Below, in pieces: positions 63,549-64,000 of a DNA stretch of 64,000 nt. The DNA is taken from positions 7,102 to 71,101 of the forward strand of contig QZKI01000121.1 of assembly GCA_003598055.1 (NCBI GenBank), read 5' to 3'. The translations under genes were made by a program, and so were the position numbers. The first letter of the stretch is position 1; the number at the start of each line of letters is the position of its first letter. The notes below the pieces were generated by a model. That model had not been told where the DNA came from and did no database searches. It saw nothing but the letters and a program-made list of their open reading frames with translations. The stretch comes from Candidatus Abyssobacteria bacterium SURF_17. GTDB lineage: Bacteria > Abyssobacteria > SURF-5.

Positions 63549-63904
63549 ACGATCCTAAACCGCGAAAAACTCCGTCACCATACAATCATGTTGACTTGCT
63601 TGAACAAAGAACCTCGCAGTTATGAATTGAAAAAAATTGAAATAAGCTGCACAAACCATAAGCGCTGAGGTCGCCCGCGCCCCGGCAGGAACAAAGCATG
63701 ACAGCTCAGAACCATCTGGCAGAAATTCAAGGAACGGAAGGCAAACGATACAGACGAGCACAAATTCGACGTGATGAATTCTTCCCTATGAGATCCGCTC
63801 GACTTTCACCAGGACGCGCGAATACGTTTCCCTCATTATATATGACTGGCTGCGGGCCACTGGCTCTTCACACGGACATTGCAACAATGGGTCAAGTGTG
63901 ATTT

Positions 63905-64000
63905 CTAGAGACTCCCGGCAAGCGCCTGATTGGCCGCTTTCTTGAATGAAGCAACAATGTGGTCGAGATACTCATTGCAGGGAACATGGAAGCCGACACT
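63905..64000 (-). CDS. 3' end of a minus-strand gene running off the window (unknown product)
   Basis: Open frame ending ...SVGFHVPCNEYLDHIVASFKKAANQALAGSL with TAG stop at 63905-63907. Too short to classify. Confidence 0.3.
   Translation of the reverse strand, partial: SVGFHVPCNEYLDHIVASFKKAANQALAGSL

Noticed and set aside
63698-63901. 67-aa plus-strand ORF near the window end
   Set aside because: No RBS. Arg-rich composition. It overlaps the probable promoter region of the PilZ gene and the 3' end of a minus-strand gene.
1-64000. CRISPR arrays, tRNA/rRNA genes, integrases/transposases
   Set aside because: No regularly spaced direct repeats, no tRNA-like cloverleaf candidates in the longer intergenic gaps (17573-17981, 23081-23452, 50754-51412), and no recombinase-like ORFs were seen.

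Overview
A 64-kb, high-GC chromosomal segment from an anaerobic bacterium. The lineage is not determinable from sequence, but DUF1559, DUF1573 and HEAT-repeat proteins suggest a Planctomycetes-like or candidate-phylum organism. No rRNA, tRNA or CRISPR array was found.

Layout of the window:
- 0-5.3 kb: fermentation and housekeeping genes. These are a 2-hydroxyacyl-CoA dehydratase fragment, an acyl-CoA dehydrogenase, a sirtuin, a nitroreductase, an esterase and an MBL hydrolase.
- 5.5-10.5 kb: a GntR-controlled ABC operon. A MITE-like palindromic element is inserted in it, and it ends with a permease-HEAT fusion and a secreted DUF1559-like protein.
- 11-17.6 kb: SDR, Fe-ADH, split glycine dehydrogenase (gcvPA/gcvPB) and a COG3199 kinase-like gene.
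- 18-24.7 kb: a stress-associated cluster. It holds a coiled-coil protein, an M50-CBS protease, Usp, a PfkB kinase and two conserved hypotheticals.
- 24.7-30 kb: a minus-strand five-gene cluster. Its genes are a PEP-utilizing phosphotransferase, a PNPOx-like protein, an SRPBCC protein, an N-acyltransferase and a DUF1295 protein.
- 34.4-50.8 kb: the centrepiece, a roughly 16-kb minus-strand [FeFe]-hydrogenase locus under a sigma54 enhancer-binding protein and a PAS histidine kinase.
- 50.8-54.1 kb: an AT-richer islet with BrnT/BrnA and RelE-type toxin-antitoxin pairs plus an HNH-nuclease protein.
- 54.1-60.9 kb: a TetR-regulated efflux operon (HlyD, two ABC ATPases, two ABC-2 permeases).
- 61-64 kb: DUF488, DUF1573 and PilZ proteins.

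The hydrogenase locus carries several architectures I do not recognise as described:
- a sensor histidine kinase translationally fused to the radical-SAM maturase HydG;
- a HydB (NuoF-like) subunit fused to a GltD/NfnB-like NADPH flavoprotein;
- a HydA whose L1 motif reads TSCSP instead of TSCCP;
- a HydS-like sensory hydrogenase with an N-terminal GHKL Ser-kinase domain, inside a PHP/DRTGG/HATPase regulatory cassette.

Other repeats: a 103/135-bp nested-palindrome element in two copies, and a 42-bp motif conserved at 81% across the stop codons of two small minus-strand ORFs 43 kb apart.
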